Assembly (NCBI GenBank): GCA_013289765.1
Contig: JABCZI010000014.1
Location: 14,415-78,414 of the forward strand
DNA: 64,000 bases
Direction of reading: 5' to 3'
Source of the DNA: Acidobacteriota bacterium
Lineage (GTDB): Bacteria > Acidobacteriota > Terriglobia > Terriglobales > Acidobacteriaceae
This document shows positions 43,652-53,417 of this stretch, one piece after another; the stretch's first letter is position 1, and each line of letters opens with the position of its first letter. The position numbers and the translations under genes were made by a program. A model generated the notes under the pieces. That model was not told the DNA's origin and did no database searches. It saw only the letters and a program-made list of their open reading frames with translations.

Positions 43652-45487
43652 CTAATCGCCTGTGATGAAACGGTTTCTCCGCGGATCTGCTCCTCCCTCA
43701 AGAACGCCATCGCCAATCTTGATAACAACAGGGCCGGAGACATTGCTCCAGGGGCCGGTGACGGTCACGATGTGTCCTAAGGAAGAGAGTTTGTCGGTAG
43801 TGGCTTTCGGAATGCGCGATTCCAGATTGACTTTGCCGGGCGTGTAGTTGTGCATGCCGAAAGAACTGTAGAACGCTTCAGTCTGGAAACGTGGGGCCTC
43901 GACGGCTTCCTGGGGCGACATGTCGAAGACCAGCATGTTCAAAATTACTTGCAGCAGTGCCTGGTCCTGATTGTCTGCGCCGGGAGTGGAGATCGCAATG
44001 AACGGCTTTCCATCTTTCAGGATAATGGTGGGACTGAGCGTGACGCGGGGGCGCTTGCCGGGCTGAATCACGTTAGGATGACCGGGGATGGTGAGGATCG
44101 ACTGCAAGCGCGTTCCGTAGGCAATGCCGGTATTGCCGGCCATCACGGCGGGCACCCAACCGCCGCTCGGCGTGGCGGAAAAAACATTGCCGTCGCGGTC
44201 GACAACGTCCACGCAGGTGGTGTCTTTCACGTCGAGGTTGGCGGCTTTGCCGTCGGGCATCGGGATGTGGTAACCGGGAATGGATCCCGGCCGCGATTCC
44301 ATCGACGCTTTCGTGGGATCGATCAGCTTTCTGCGCTCGGCTGCATACTCCTTTGAGAGCAGCGTCTCTTCTGGAATCTTGCTGAACTTCGGATCTCCGT
44401 AATACATGTCCCGGTCGGCGAAGGCGAGCTTGGCGGCCTCCATCACAACGTGAAGATATTCAGGAGAGTTGTGCTTCATGCTCTTCAGGTCATAACCTTC
44501 GAGCAAGTTGAACATTTCCAGCAGAACTGGGCCTTGCGACCAGAACCCGGGTTTAACGATCTCGTAGCCGTGGAAGGTTGTGGAACGAGGCGTGTCGACC
44601 TCGGCATGGAATTTTGCCATGTCGTCGTAGGTGAGAAGACCGCCGTGCGATTCGGAAAAGGCCCCCATCTCTTTAGCAATGGGACCACGGTAGAAATAAT
44701 CGCGAACCGCTTCGATCTGATCGATGCGGTCGCCAATGGTCGTTTGCTCGGCCTCCGCCATGGCGCGCAAAGTCTTCGCTAGATCCGGCTGATGAAATAT
44801 CTCGCCGCGCAGTGGCAGTCTGCCGTTGACGTTAAAAAAATACTTTACCGACAACGGCCATCGCAGCATTCCCTGCGCACTGACTTGCAACGTGTCTGCG
44901 AAAACTTCCGTTGTGGGGAAGCCATCGGCGAGTTCAATCGCAGGGGCTGCAACTTGCGAAAAGCTCATCGTGCCGAATTTTTCCAACGCAAGCATTGCTC
45001 CGTCAAACATCCCAGGTGTGGTGGTCGCCAGGATTCCGTGGGCCGGGATCGGAGGCTTGCGGTCGTTTGTCTCGTCTGGTTCTAAAGGCCGAGTCTTGAA
45101 AAATTCAATGGTGGCCTTTGCTGGCGAGACGCCCACACCTGATACGGCTACGGCAGGTTTTCCATGCAACTTGATCAGCACGGGCATTTCGCCGCCCATG
45201 CTGAAGTGATCTTCTTCCGTTACCGCGGCGGCCAGAACGGCGGCGACGCCCGCATCTACGGCATTGCCTCCGGCACGAAGCATGCGCATGCCGGCTTCGG
45301 TGACGAAGTTGTTGCCGCCTCCCACCATTTCGTGCGTGGTCCGCACCGCGGGGAACATGGTTTTAATCGAGGGCTGCGGCGCGCCAATCTCTTCCGGAAA
45401 ATTGCGAGGAACGGGTTTCTCCGACTGCGCGGCAAGAGGCAGAGCGAAAGAGAACAGGGCTGCAGTTACGATGAAGCAAGATTTCAT
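43652..45487 (-). CDS. ggt: Gamma-glutamyltransferase, secreted
   Basis: AGGAG SD before ATG 45487. Signal peptide MKSCFIVTAALFSFALPLAAQ. Autoprocessing region DTTCVDVVDRDGNVFSATPSGGW. Confidence 0.9.
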   Translation of the reverse strand: MKSCFIVTAALFSFALPLAAQSEKPVPRNFPEEIGAPQPSIKTMFPAVRTTHEMVGGGNNFVTEAGMRMLRAGGNAVDAGVAAVLAAAVTEEDHFSMGGEMPVLIKLHGKPAVAVSGVGVSPAKATIEFFKTRPLEPDETNDRKPPIPAHGILATTTPGMFDGAMLALEKFGTMSFSQVAAPAIELADGFPTTEVFADTLQVSAQGMLRWPLSVKYFFNVNGRLPLRGEIFHQPDLAKTLRAMAEAEQTTIGDRIDQIEAVRDYFYRGPIAKEMGAFSESHGGLLTYDDMAKFHAEVDTPRSTTFHGYEIVKPGFWSQGPVLLEMFNLLEGYDLKSMKHNSPEYLHVVMEAAKLAFADRDMYYGDPKFSKIPEETLLSKEYAAERRKLIDPTKASMESRPGSIPGYHIPMPDGKAANLDVKDTTCVDVVDRDGNVFSATPSGGWVPAVMAGNTGIAYGTRLQSILTIPGHPNVIQPGKRPRVTLSPTIILKDGKPFIAISTPGADNQDQALLQVILNMLVFDMSPQEAVEAPRFQTEAFYSSFGMHNYTPGKVNLESRIPKATTDKLSSLGHIVTVTGPWSNVSGPVVIKIGDGVLEGGADPRRNRFITGD

Positions 45488-45512
45488 GACACTCCTACAC
45501 ATCAGTGTTCTT

Positions 45513-47054
45513 TCAGACCCGCTGTAGCGCGGGCCGAAGCTCGCGAATGTCTTTGACGCTCTCGATGGCAAGGATTTTCTCGATGAGAGCCGCGCACTTC
45601 TTAGCGCCAACGACCGGATTTATAAGGTCAGAAGCCTTCGCGACTACCTCGTCGCGGGTCATGGGATTGTCGGCCGTACCGCGAACATCGCGGACCCACT
45701 GAGTCAGTTGCGTGCCATCAGCCAGGGTCAACTCGACGATGGCCTCCCGCCGTGGGCGCCGGGCATCGATTCGAGGGTCGGCGACGAGCTCTACCTTCGC
45801 GCGCTGGCGCAGCACGGCGGGATCCTCCATGCGGTCTTTGTCATGAATGGAAGCGAAGGTAACAGTTTTTTCCAGAAGCATCAGCGCTACCAGGTGCCGC
45901 AAGCAGATGTCAGGCATCTCACAGTTTTTCACTGTGTCGACTTCGTCGCTGGCAAGGCGCACGACGACCTTCTGCACATCGTCAGCAGTAAACGAACGCT
46001 CTTTGAAGAAACCGGCGAGCGCGTCGAGCGGAGCCTGGATGGGTGATCCCACGGTCCACTTCTTGATGTTTGTCCGGGTTATCTCGTAGCGCTCGCCGAG
46101 TTTCTCGACTAACTGGGTTGGATCAGCTTTGGGCACCCCGTTTTCCCGGGGAGCGTAGGCCTCAAAAAAATTGTCGGGACCGGAAAAAATGTCGTCCACG
46201 CCGGTAAAGCCGGAGTGGATCAGCATTGCGGTGGTCACAGCGCCGGCGGCGGGCTTGCCTCCGAACAGGAAAGCTTTCTCCATGTGTGCGGCATCACGCC
46301 TCCACGCGGCAATCCCCGACGCTTGCTGCGCGCTATAATCCAGCAGAAAACGGAACTGTAGTGCGTTAAGACTTGCTGCACATCCTGCGGCCGCACAAGC
46401 ACCGAAGGCCGCGACAGTTCCGTGCGTGCTCCGGTGGGTGGCTTCTTGATAGTTCACGCCGCCCATGCTCATCGTGACACGAGTTCCGATATCGTACCCG
46501 AGCGTAACCGCGCGCAAGAATTGCGTGCCGTTGATTCCGAACTGCTCACCAACCGCCAACGCGGCGGGAATAACCGAGACACCGGGATGCGAGCGGGATG
46601 GGCCGTGCGAATCGTCCGTTTCGTCGGCATGCGCCAGAACACCATTCGTCAGCGCCGCCTCGATAGGACCGCATACGATATTGCTGGCGACTACCGTCGC
46701 GGTTTCCTTGCCGCCATAAGATCGCGCGAACTGGACCGCCGCGCGCCCTGGAGGCAGCTCAGATCCCGAAATCATCGCGGCCAATGTATCCAGAATGTGA
46801 TGTTTAGTCTTCTCAATGATTTCATCCGGCAGCGCACGGCCTGCCGCAGCGCTCATATAAGAGCTGAGCTTTTCCATAACCGGACTCACGCCTTGTGCTG
46901 TGACGTCCCGGCTGGCAGACGTTTGTGCCAACGCCGCCACCTGAGGGAGCGCTGCCGTGGCCATGACAAGTCCCGCAAACTCGAAAAAACTACGCCGCGT
47001 CAGCGTTCCATCGGGGCTCTCGTGCGCGTCGTCCTTCTCCTGCTCATGTCTCAT
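45513..47054 (-). CDS. MmgE/PrpD-family protein with twin-arginine (Tat) signal
   Basis: TRRSFFEFAGLVMATAALPQVAALA Tat motif. PrpD-like HILDTLAAMISGS...AHADETDDSH. Confidence 0.85.
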   Translation of the reverse strand: MRHEQEKDDAHESPDGTLTRRSFFEFAGLVMATAALPQVAALAQTSASRDVTAQGVSPVMEKLSSYMSAAAGRALPDEIIEKTKHHILDTLAAMISGSELPPGRAAVQFARSYGGKETATVVASNIVCGPIEAALTNGVLAHADETDDSHGPSRSHPGVSVIPAALAVGEQFGINGTQFLRAVTLGYDIGTRVTMSMGGVNYQEATHRSTHGTVAAFGACAAAGCAASLNALQFRFLLDYSAQQASGIAAWRRDAAHMEKAFLFGGKPAAGAVTTAMLIHSGFTGVDDIFSGPDNFFEAYAPRENGVPKADPTQLVEKLGERYEITRTNIKKWTVGSPIQAPLDALAGFFKERSFTADDVQKVVVRLASDEVDTVKNCEMPDICLRHLVALMLLEKTVTFASIHDKDRMEDPAVLRQRAKVELVADPRIDARRPRREAIVELTLADGTQLTQWVRDVRGTADNPMTRDEVVAKASDLINPVVGAKKCAALIEKILAIESVKDIRELRPALQRV

Positions 47055-47406
47055 AATTCGCTTTATGCAAGCGTTTCAACGCAGCGTTTTTCTGATCGAA
47101 ACATTTGGAGCTTCCGATCGAAAGTCTGGCGGCCCCGGATGGGTCGCCAGTTCGCGCGCCCGGGGTTTACCGCTTTCTCGAATGCGGGCGGGATGGTCGC
47201 GCCCCTTCCGACAAGCAATTAAGATTTCACCTTGGCGAAGTTTGACTGTAAAGACCCTCACTCTGCGAGTCCAATTAATTCTTTTTAAGGGCTGAAAACG
47301 AATATCGCATGCACGCTGAGTCGATCTCAATGGCTGATCAAACGTTCGTCCTCACGATTGATCGGTTGTCGTCCTCTTCGAGGTCGCTCGCAAATCGCGT
47401 CTCGAA

Positions 47407-48594
47407 TCACAGTCTTTGGAATCCGAAGCCAGTGAGAGGGATTTCACGGCCGCGCGCCGTGACCCTTTGAATGTCCACGATGCTGCCTTCGGTAGCGATG
47501 AGGGCGTGGTCAAAGTTATTCACCGTGGGGCAAACATGTCTGGGAATTAGATAGAGAACTTCTCCTAGTGCTGGCACGGCTCCGTTTGCGGGGATATTGA
47601 AATTGATCGGCAAGTGTTCTTCGCTCGGCCCGAGCGGCTGTGCTTCGGGACGTCCCGAGACCACGCAATTTGGCACGCCCCGATCAACCGACAAAGTCTT
47701 ATGCCCCGCGTCACAAGTGATCGAGTTTGCAGAGGGCTTGCTCACGACACGCGTTAGAACCACTGCAGCTGGAGAATATCCACTGTTGGGCGGCAGTTGT
47801 GCCAGCGAGGACGAGTCACAATAGACGACAGTTCCGGGGGAAACCCGCCACAGAAAACCAGAGCTTCGCCATCTGGCGTAGTTAAGGGCACAAGGGAATG
47901 TTGGCGTCCCCGAGGTTACTAATTCTGGAACGCCGATTCCGCGACTCTTCAAATCCTCGGCCAGCCCTAACAATCGATCGTAAATTTCATGTGCGCGCGC
48001 CTTGCGGTCAGGCAGTTCGAGCCCCCCCAGATGTCCCTCGTAGCAGTGCAGACCACGGAAAGGGATGTTGTATTTTTCGAGGCCGGTAATCAAGCCAATA
48101 ACTTTATCAATCCCATCCAAGGGCATTCCCGTTCGATCCATTCCGGAATTCATATCTAGAAACAATCCGACACGACTACCTTTCCAAGCGTGGAGACCTT
48201 CGGCATCGTCAATCAGCGCAGAAACCGCAACCTTCGGGTACCGACTCGCAATTTCGCGCACCCGAACTGTATTGGGGCCGAGAGCCGTGTAGGCCAGCAG
48301 CACGTCCTCGGCGCCACATTCGCAAAGCGACAACAGCTCGAGACTCGTTGCGCACTTAAATTGTGTTATTCCTTGTTGCATCATGAGTTTCATGGTCATC
48401 GCGAGCTTGGCCGTTTTGACGTGTGGTCGCCAGCGATTGGCGTCTTCACCCAAGAGCCGAATCGTATTGCGAATATTAGCCTCCACGATGTCGCGATAGA
48501 TGATCAGAGCTGGCGTCAATACGGCCTCAGCGCCGGCCAATTGATATTTCGATTCAGTGGGCAACTCGCTTACCACGGCTTGTCCTGAGAACAT
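47407..48594 (-). CDS. D-TA / DSD1-family fold-type-III PLP enzyme (D-threonine aldolase / D-hydroxyaspartate dehydratase / hydroxyaspartate aldolase-like)
   Basis: TPALIIYRDIVEANI...WRPHVKTAKL (PLP lysine) and a C-terminal D-Ser-dehydratase-like domain. GGAGG SD before ATG 48594. Confidence 0.8.
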   Translation of the reverse strand: MFSGQAVVSELPTESKYQLAGAEAVLTPALIIYRDIVEANIRNTIRLLGEDANRWRPHVKTAKLAMTMKLMMQQGITQFKCATSLELLSLCECGAEDVLLAYTALGPNTVRVREIASRYPKVAVSALIDDAEGLHAWKGSRVGLFLDMNSGMDRTGMPLDGIDKVIGLITGLEKYNIPFRGLHCYEGHLGGLELPDRKARAHEIYDRLLGLAEDLKSRGIGVPELVTSGTPTFPCALNYARWRSSGFLWRVSPGTVVYCDSSSLAQLPPNSGYSPAAVVLTRVVSKPSANSITCDAGHKTLSVDRGVPNCVVSGRPEAQPLGPSEEHLPINFNIPANGAVPALGEVLYLIPRHVCPTVNNFDHALIATEGSIVDIQRVTARGREIPLTGFGFQRL

Positions 48595-48790
48595 TCTTCC
48601 TCCGAAGAGCAATCATTGTACGCTGGTGCTTTCGGCAGCAAATTGCCGCCACCAATAGACCGTGGAGATGGACCCTAGCAAACGCGATGCGCGACGGAAT
48701 ATTTACACTCAGTTTGCTGGCTGAATTCTTAGCGCACCATGCTCGAAGATCAGAATTCCGCGGAATTCTCCAGACTATAATCGAGAGGAA

Positions 48791-49246
48791 ATGAACATTG
48801 AGTTGCGCGAGCCCAAGACGGCCGATGATTTTGCTCTCTACTACGATTTGCGATGGCGCATACTCCGAAAACCTTGGACGGAAGACCGAGAAAGCAGCAA
48901 GGACGAGCACGAATCCCTGGCAGTACACCTGATGGCCTGGGCGGATAACAGGCTCGTTGGCGTGGGACGACTTCATTTCAACACGCCTCAGGAAGCCCAA
49001 ATTCGCTACATGGCAGTGGAGGACTCCTATTCTGGGCGTGGCGTGGGAACGGTCGTTCTAAAGGAGCTCGAAGTTCGAGCTGAACGTGCCGGCGCGACTC
49101 GCATGGTTGCGAACGCCAGAGAAAACGCCCTGAGCTTCTACAAAAAGCACGGCTATGATTTGATCGATCGCGCTGACACGCTCTTCGATTCGCTCGTCCA
49201 TTGGCGCGTGGTGAAACTTCTTAGCACGACCCGCGGCAGTAGCTAA
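48791..49246 (+). CDS. GNAT-family N-acetyltransferase
   Basis: QIRYMAVEDSYSGRGVGTVVLKELEVRAERAGA (acetyl-CoA motif A) and FYKKHGY. Confidence 0.85.
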   Translation: MNIELREPKTADDFALYYDLRWRILRKPWTEDRESSKDEHESLAVHLMAWADNRLVGVGRLHFNTPQEAQIRYMAVEDSYSGRGVGTVVLKELEVRAERAGATRMVANARENALSFYKKHGYDLIDRADTLFDSLVHWRVVKLLSTTRGSS

Positions 49247-49323
49247 TCAAACTACGGAATGTACCGAGCAACAAACATTGCTGCAGCCTGAGCGAACCCG
49301 CCCGATTGATACAATGAGTGCCC

Positions 49324-50235
49324 ATGGCCATCAATTTCCGTCAACTTGAGGTCTTTCGGGCGGTGGCCGAGAGCAATAGTTTTACGCGCGCAAGCCACGC
49401 GATGTTCATCTCGCAATCCACGGTCAGCCAGCATATCCGCGCGCTTGAAGATTCTCTTCAGGTAACGCTCTTTCAGAGAGATCGCCGCAATGTTTTGCTG
49501 ACGACAGCGGGACAAAATCTCCTCGAGCATACCCGGGACATTTTTGAAATGATCGAGCGGGCCGAGGTGGCCGCCAAAACTGTCAAAGACCCTTACCACG
49601 GAAAGCTTTCGTTCGGGTGCGCCTCCACGACTCTGTTGTACCAGCTCCCCCCGATCCTGATGGAGTACACCAACAAGTATCCGAACGTCACGTTGAATAT
49701 TTTCAGTGGAACCGTTCAAGACATCGCGAATCAGATGTGGTCGGGTGCTCTGGACCTCGGTCTCGTCATCTTGCCCCTCAGTGCGCCGGCCCTCCGAAAA
49801 ATCGTATTGCTTGAGGAATCTTTTGTCGGGCTTATTCCCAGAAGTCATTCCCTGGCTAAGAAGGCTCACCTGAACATTAATGATCTCGCGGGAGAAAAGT
49901 ACATCCTGCAGCGTCGCGGCCATAACACACGGAAATTAGTCGATCAATTTTTCTTCAAGAAGCGAATTGCGGCCAATGTTGTGATCGAGTTGGATCATCC
50001 CGAAGCGGTCAAGGCCATGGTGGCCCGCGGATTTGGTGTGTCAATTCTCCCGGCGAGCGTATTTCCCGATAAGCGAAGCTCTGCGGGCATTCGCACTTTT
50101 CCAATTCCGCATCGGGACCTGCATCGCGCACTTGCGATAGTTCATTCCCGGACGAAACGGCTCAATCCCATTGTCGTCGCACTCTCAGACCTCCTTCAAA
50201 AGCACTTCCGCCGACAACGTGGCGCCGGCAAATGA
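49324..50235 (+). CDS. LysR-family transcriptional regulator
   Basis: MAINFRQLEVFRAVAESNSFTRASHAMFISQSTVSQHIRALE wHTH, plus a substrate-binding domain. GTG 49318 is also possible. Confidence 0.88.
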   Translation: MAINFRQLEVFRAVAESNSFTRASHAMFISQSTVSQHIRALEDSLQVTLFQRDRRNVLLTTAGQNLLEHTRDIFEMIERAEVAAKTVKDPYHGKLSFGCASTTLLYQLPPILMEYTNKYPNVTLNIFSGTVQDIANQMWSGALDLGLVILPLSAPALRKIVLLEESFVGLIPRSHSLAKKAHLNINDLAGEKYILQRRGHNTRKLVDQFFFKKRIAANVVIELDHPEAVKAMVARGFGVSILPASVFPDKRSSAGIRTFPIPHRDLHRALAIVHSRTKRLNPIVVALSDLLQKHFRRQRGAGK

Positions 50236-50407
50236 TTCCTTACCATCGTATTTACCGATAAATCATTATGCGGATTATGAATTGGACCTATGAACTTTCC
50301 TGGTCCAATATATCCGGTGCCTTTCAGTAGGCAGTTTATTTGTTTGTTGGACACAGCGATGTGTCCTGTACTTCCATTCATCTGTCGGACATGCGGAGCG
50401 AAAATAG

Positions 50408-51118
50408 ATGGAACTGATGCAGCTTGAGATGTTCGTGGCCGTTGTCGAGGAGCGCAGCGTGCGTCGAGCTGCCGAGCGCGTGTTTCGCACACAACCCGCT
50501 GTGAGTATTGCCGTGAATAAGCTCGAACGGGAAATCGGCATGCCCCTTCTCGGCGGTCCGCGTCACAAGGGCCGCGAGCTGACCAAGGCGGGGGAGATTT
50601 TGTACGAGTGCGCATCCAAAATGCTCGGCCTCAGAGATGGCGTTCTCTCGCTCTTAGTGCGTGAGCACCGCAGCTCTTCTGGACGGCTCTGCATCGGTTC
50701 TGTTCGAACCAAGGACCTTCGGGCGATTTCTGATGTCGTACAAAAGTTCACGCGGCAGTATCCTAACGTTCGTGTGAGCTACGCCTACGATAGCCCCGAC
50801 AATTTAGTCACCGCGTTGCGAGAGCGGAGGATTGATCTTGTATTCTTGTTGAATCAACCTGACGAACTGCTGGTAAAGTCCAACCTCACCGTAGCCAGCG
50901 AACTCCGCCTTGAGCGAGGGGGCACTCTTTGGTTCGTACGACGTCGGAGTGGTCAGTCTCATCTTGCCAGGATTTTCGATGCCATGCTTCCGTCTGACGG
51001 CGATCTGGCACGCGCTTCCGGCCCTCCCGCAAATCTCGAAGCGGTTCGACATCTCGGAGAGCCTCGGCAAGTACCCGCAGTCAGCCGCGGCGAATTTTCC
51101 CTGCCGCAAGGTGACTGA
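50408..51118 (+). CDS. LysR-family transcriptional regulator (short, 236 aa, atypical C-terminus)
   Basis: MELMQLEMFVAVVEERSVRRAAERVFRTQPAVSIAVNKLE wHTH. The effector domain appears shortened relative to the usual ~300 aa. Confidence 0.75.
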   Translation: MELMQLEMFVAVVEERSVRRAAERVFRTQPAVSIAVNKLEREIGMPLLGGPRHKGRELTKAGEILYECASKMLGLRDGVLSLLVREHRSSSGRLCIGSVRTKDLRAISDVVQKFTRQYPNVRVSYAYDSPDNLVTALRERRIDLVFLLNQPDELLVKSNLTVASELRLERGGTLWFVRRRSGQSHLARIFDAMLPSDGDLARASGPPANLEAVRHLGEPRQVPAVSRGEFSLPQGD

Positions 51119-51172
51119 AATCAACGGCAAGCGGGCAATCGCCGTACAAGCCCGCCGATGATCTGCAAGCTC

Positions 51173-52210
51173 CTACTGGAAGAAATCAAAATCTTTTCCG
51201 TGACCGGACTCCAGCGCTTTCTCGTAGACTGCTGCGGCGGACGCTACATCCTGTAGCGATGTTCCTGTCGAATCAAAAATAATGATCTCGTCCTGTGCCA
51301 CCCGTCCTGCCTTCTTACCGAGGATGATCTCCCCAAGTTCCGCATGGACGTCGTCCAGGTTCATGCCTTGGTCTAGCGCATGATGCAACTCTCCGACATG
51401 GGCGCATTGATCCAACAAATCAACGACCACTTTGTTTTGCCGCAGGAGTTCTGGGTCGAGCTCCTGCTTGTCAGGGCTATCCGCTCCTACAGCGGCGATG
51501 AAGGTTCCCGGAGCTACATCTTGGGCGGTTATAATCGGCCTTCGTGACGGTGTGCAAGTGACACACACGTCGCTGTTCTGAAGAGCGGTTGCGGGCGCTT
51601 CGGCGAGTTCGATTTGAAGGCCGAGTTCTTTCGACATTTCTTGTTGGAAATCCTTTAACTTCGACTGGTCTCTCCCTAAAACGTAAACTGTCTTGATTGG
51701 AAGAACAGAAACCAGCGCGCGCAACTGGATCCGTGCCTGTACCCCGCTCCCGAAAATTGTCGCCGTCTTGCTGTCAGCTTTCGCTAAATACTTCGCAGCG
51801 ACAGCGGTAGCCGCTCCTGTCCGGTAACTGGTGATGATTCTTGAATCCATCACCGCCAGCGGATAGCCGTTGTCCCCATCAAACAGCACGATTACGCCTT
51901 GAATGTTCGGCATGCCAAAGCGTTCAGCGTTGTGAAAAAATCCTCCGTTGACCTTGAGTGCGAAATACTGTTTCCGCAACTTGAGACCGCCGGCTTTGAT
52001 GTGAAATTCCCCTTCGGTAGAATCTACGTGCAGTAGACCGGGCTTTGTAGCTTTGCCGGCAGCGTGTAAACGGAAGGCTTCCTCCACCGCGATGACGTAT
52101 TCTTCAAACTTCAGCAGTGAGGACACGTCGTGACGCGTCAATAATAAACTTTGATAAGGTTTCATTCCGGAAGTTCTCGTATCCCCGTCGCTGGATTTAC
52201 ACACGAACAT
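51173..52210 (-). CDS. Ornithine cyclodeaminase/mu-crystallin-family NAD(P)H imine reductase-like protein
   Basis: LLLTRHDVSSLLKFEEYVIAVEEAFRLHA. Rossmann TATIFGSGVQARIQLRAL. ATG 52210 overlaps the upstream stop (TGATG). An alternative start is ATG 52165. Confidence 0.85.
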   Translation of the reverse strand: MFVCKSSDGDTRTSGMKPYQSLLLTRHDVSSLLKFEEYVIAVEEAFRLHAAGKATKPGLLHVDSTEGEFHIKAGGLKLRKQYFALKVNGGFFHNAERFGMPNIQGVIVLFDGDNGYPLAVMDSRIITSYRTGAATAVAAKYLAKADSKTATIFGSGVQARIQLRALVSVLPIKTVYVLGRDQSKLKDFQQEMSKELGLQIELAEAPATALQNSDVCVTCTPSRRPIITAQDVAPGTFIAAVGADSPDKQELDPELLRQNKVVVDLLDQCAHVGELHHALDQGMNLDDVHAELGEIILGKKAGRVAQDEIIIFDSTGTSLQDVASAAAVYEKALESGHGKDFDFFQ

Positions 52211-53148
52211 CAGCCATTCAGCATGCCTGCATAAATGCCAGGGTCGACGTTGCCACCGCTAATGACACAGCACACGGAACGTTCCCGGAATAGATCTGGT
52301 TGGGTTAACACTGCAGCTAGACTGAGCGCGCCTGTGGGCTCAACCTTGAGATTGGCAAATTCGAAAAGGAGTCGCGCTGCCTCGACAATTTTTTCCTCGG
52401 GCACCTCGACGATCGTCGAAAGATTGCCCTGGATGATCGCCCAGTTGTGCTTGCCGAGACTGAGCGTTCTTGCACCATCCGCGATGGTTTGAGGCTCGCT
52501 TTCATTTGCCACGATGTGTCCGGCCCGTAAAGAACGGGCTGCGTCGTTTCCAAGAAGGGGCTCGGCGCCCATAACCTCCATCTTCTTCCGCGAGCGCTTT
52601 AATCCCGTAATCAGGCCCGATATCAACCCTCCGCCTCCAACTGGAGCAATTACGATATCCAGGTGCCGGTCGAGGGCCCCGATCTCCACGCCCAAACTGC
52701 TGTTTCCTTCAATGACGAGCGGGTCGTCATACGCACTTGCAATATATGCATCGGGGAATTGCTCTGAAAGCTCCCGAACCCGATCCGCTCGACTCTTCAC
52801 TCGAACATCAACTAGGTCGACGTGTCCGCCATATTCAATCACAGCGTCAACCTTTACTTTTGCGGACGTCACGGGCATAACAATGGTGCAAGACTTCTTG
52901 AGGAGCGAGCAGGCATAAGCCATCGCTTGCCCGAAGTTTCCCGAAGAAGCGGCAATAATCATTTCTTGAGGGACATGAGAGGCTACGTTATACGCGGCGC
53001 GAAACTTGAAACTACCAGTGCATTGAAACGTCTCGGTGGCCAGGGTCAAGGTGAGTCCTAAGCGCTTATCGAGACGCGGCGCCTCAACGATCGTGGTAGG
53101 CCGTATTACACTTTCGATTTGTGCTTCGAAACCCTTGCCACTCATCAT
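52210..53148 (-). CDS. Fold-type-II PLP enzyme, serine/threonine dehydratase / serine racemase / hydroxyaspartate dehydratase-like
   Basis: CTGSFKFRAAYN (PLP Lys), SSGNFGQAMAYA and VAPVGGGGLISG. Confidence 0.85.
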   Translation of the reverse strand: MMSGKGFEAQIESVIRPTTIVEAPRLDKRLGLTLTLATETFQCTGSFKFRAAYNVASHVPQEMIIAASSGNFGQAMAYACSLLKKSCTIVMPVTSAKVKVDAVIEYGGHVDLVDVRVKSRADRVRELSEQFPDAYIASAYDDPLVIEGNSSLGVEIGALDRHLDIVIAPVGGGGLISGLITGLKRSRKKMEVMGAEPLLGNDAARSLRAGHIVANESEPQTIADGARTLSLGKHNWAIIQGNLSTIVEVPEEKIVEAARLLFEFANLKVEPTGALSLAAVLTQPDLFRERSVCCVISGGNVDPGIYAGMLNG

Positions 53149-53417
53149 GCGCCTCTCGCTTCACTGACTTTTTTCTTGTGGTTCTCGTATCGACTGCGCC
53201 GACTTAGAAGTTTCACCGACAGTTTTAACAATGGCTAAGTCCGGCGCCCCGGGGCACTGGAGTACGGCGGCGGGGACGAGGCACTTGCATAGACGCAGAC
53301 TTGAAAAAAAACAAAGACAACGCCCGGCGGTTCTTCTCTATGAGTCTTGAATAACATGGAACATTGAGAACAAAACTTAATAATCTTTATACGGGACCGA
53401 TCACTTAGCTCCGCATT

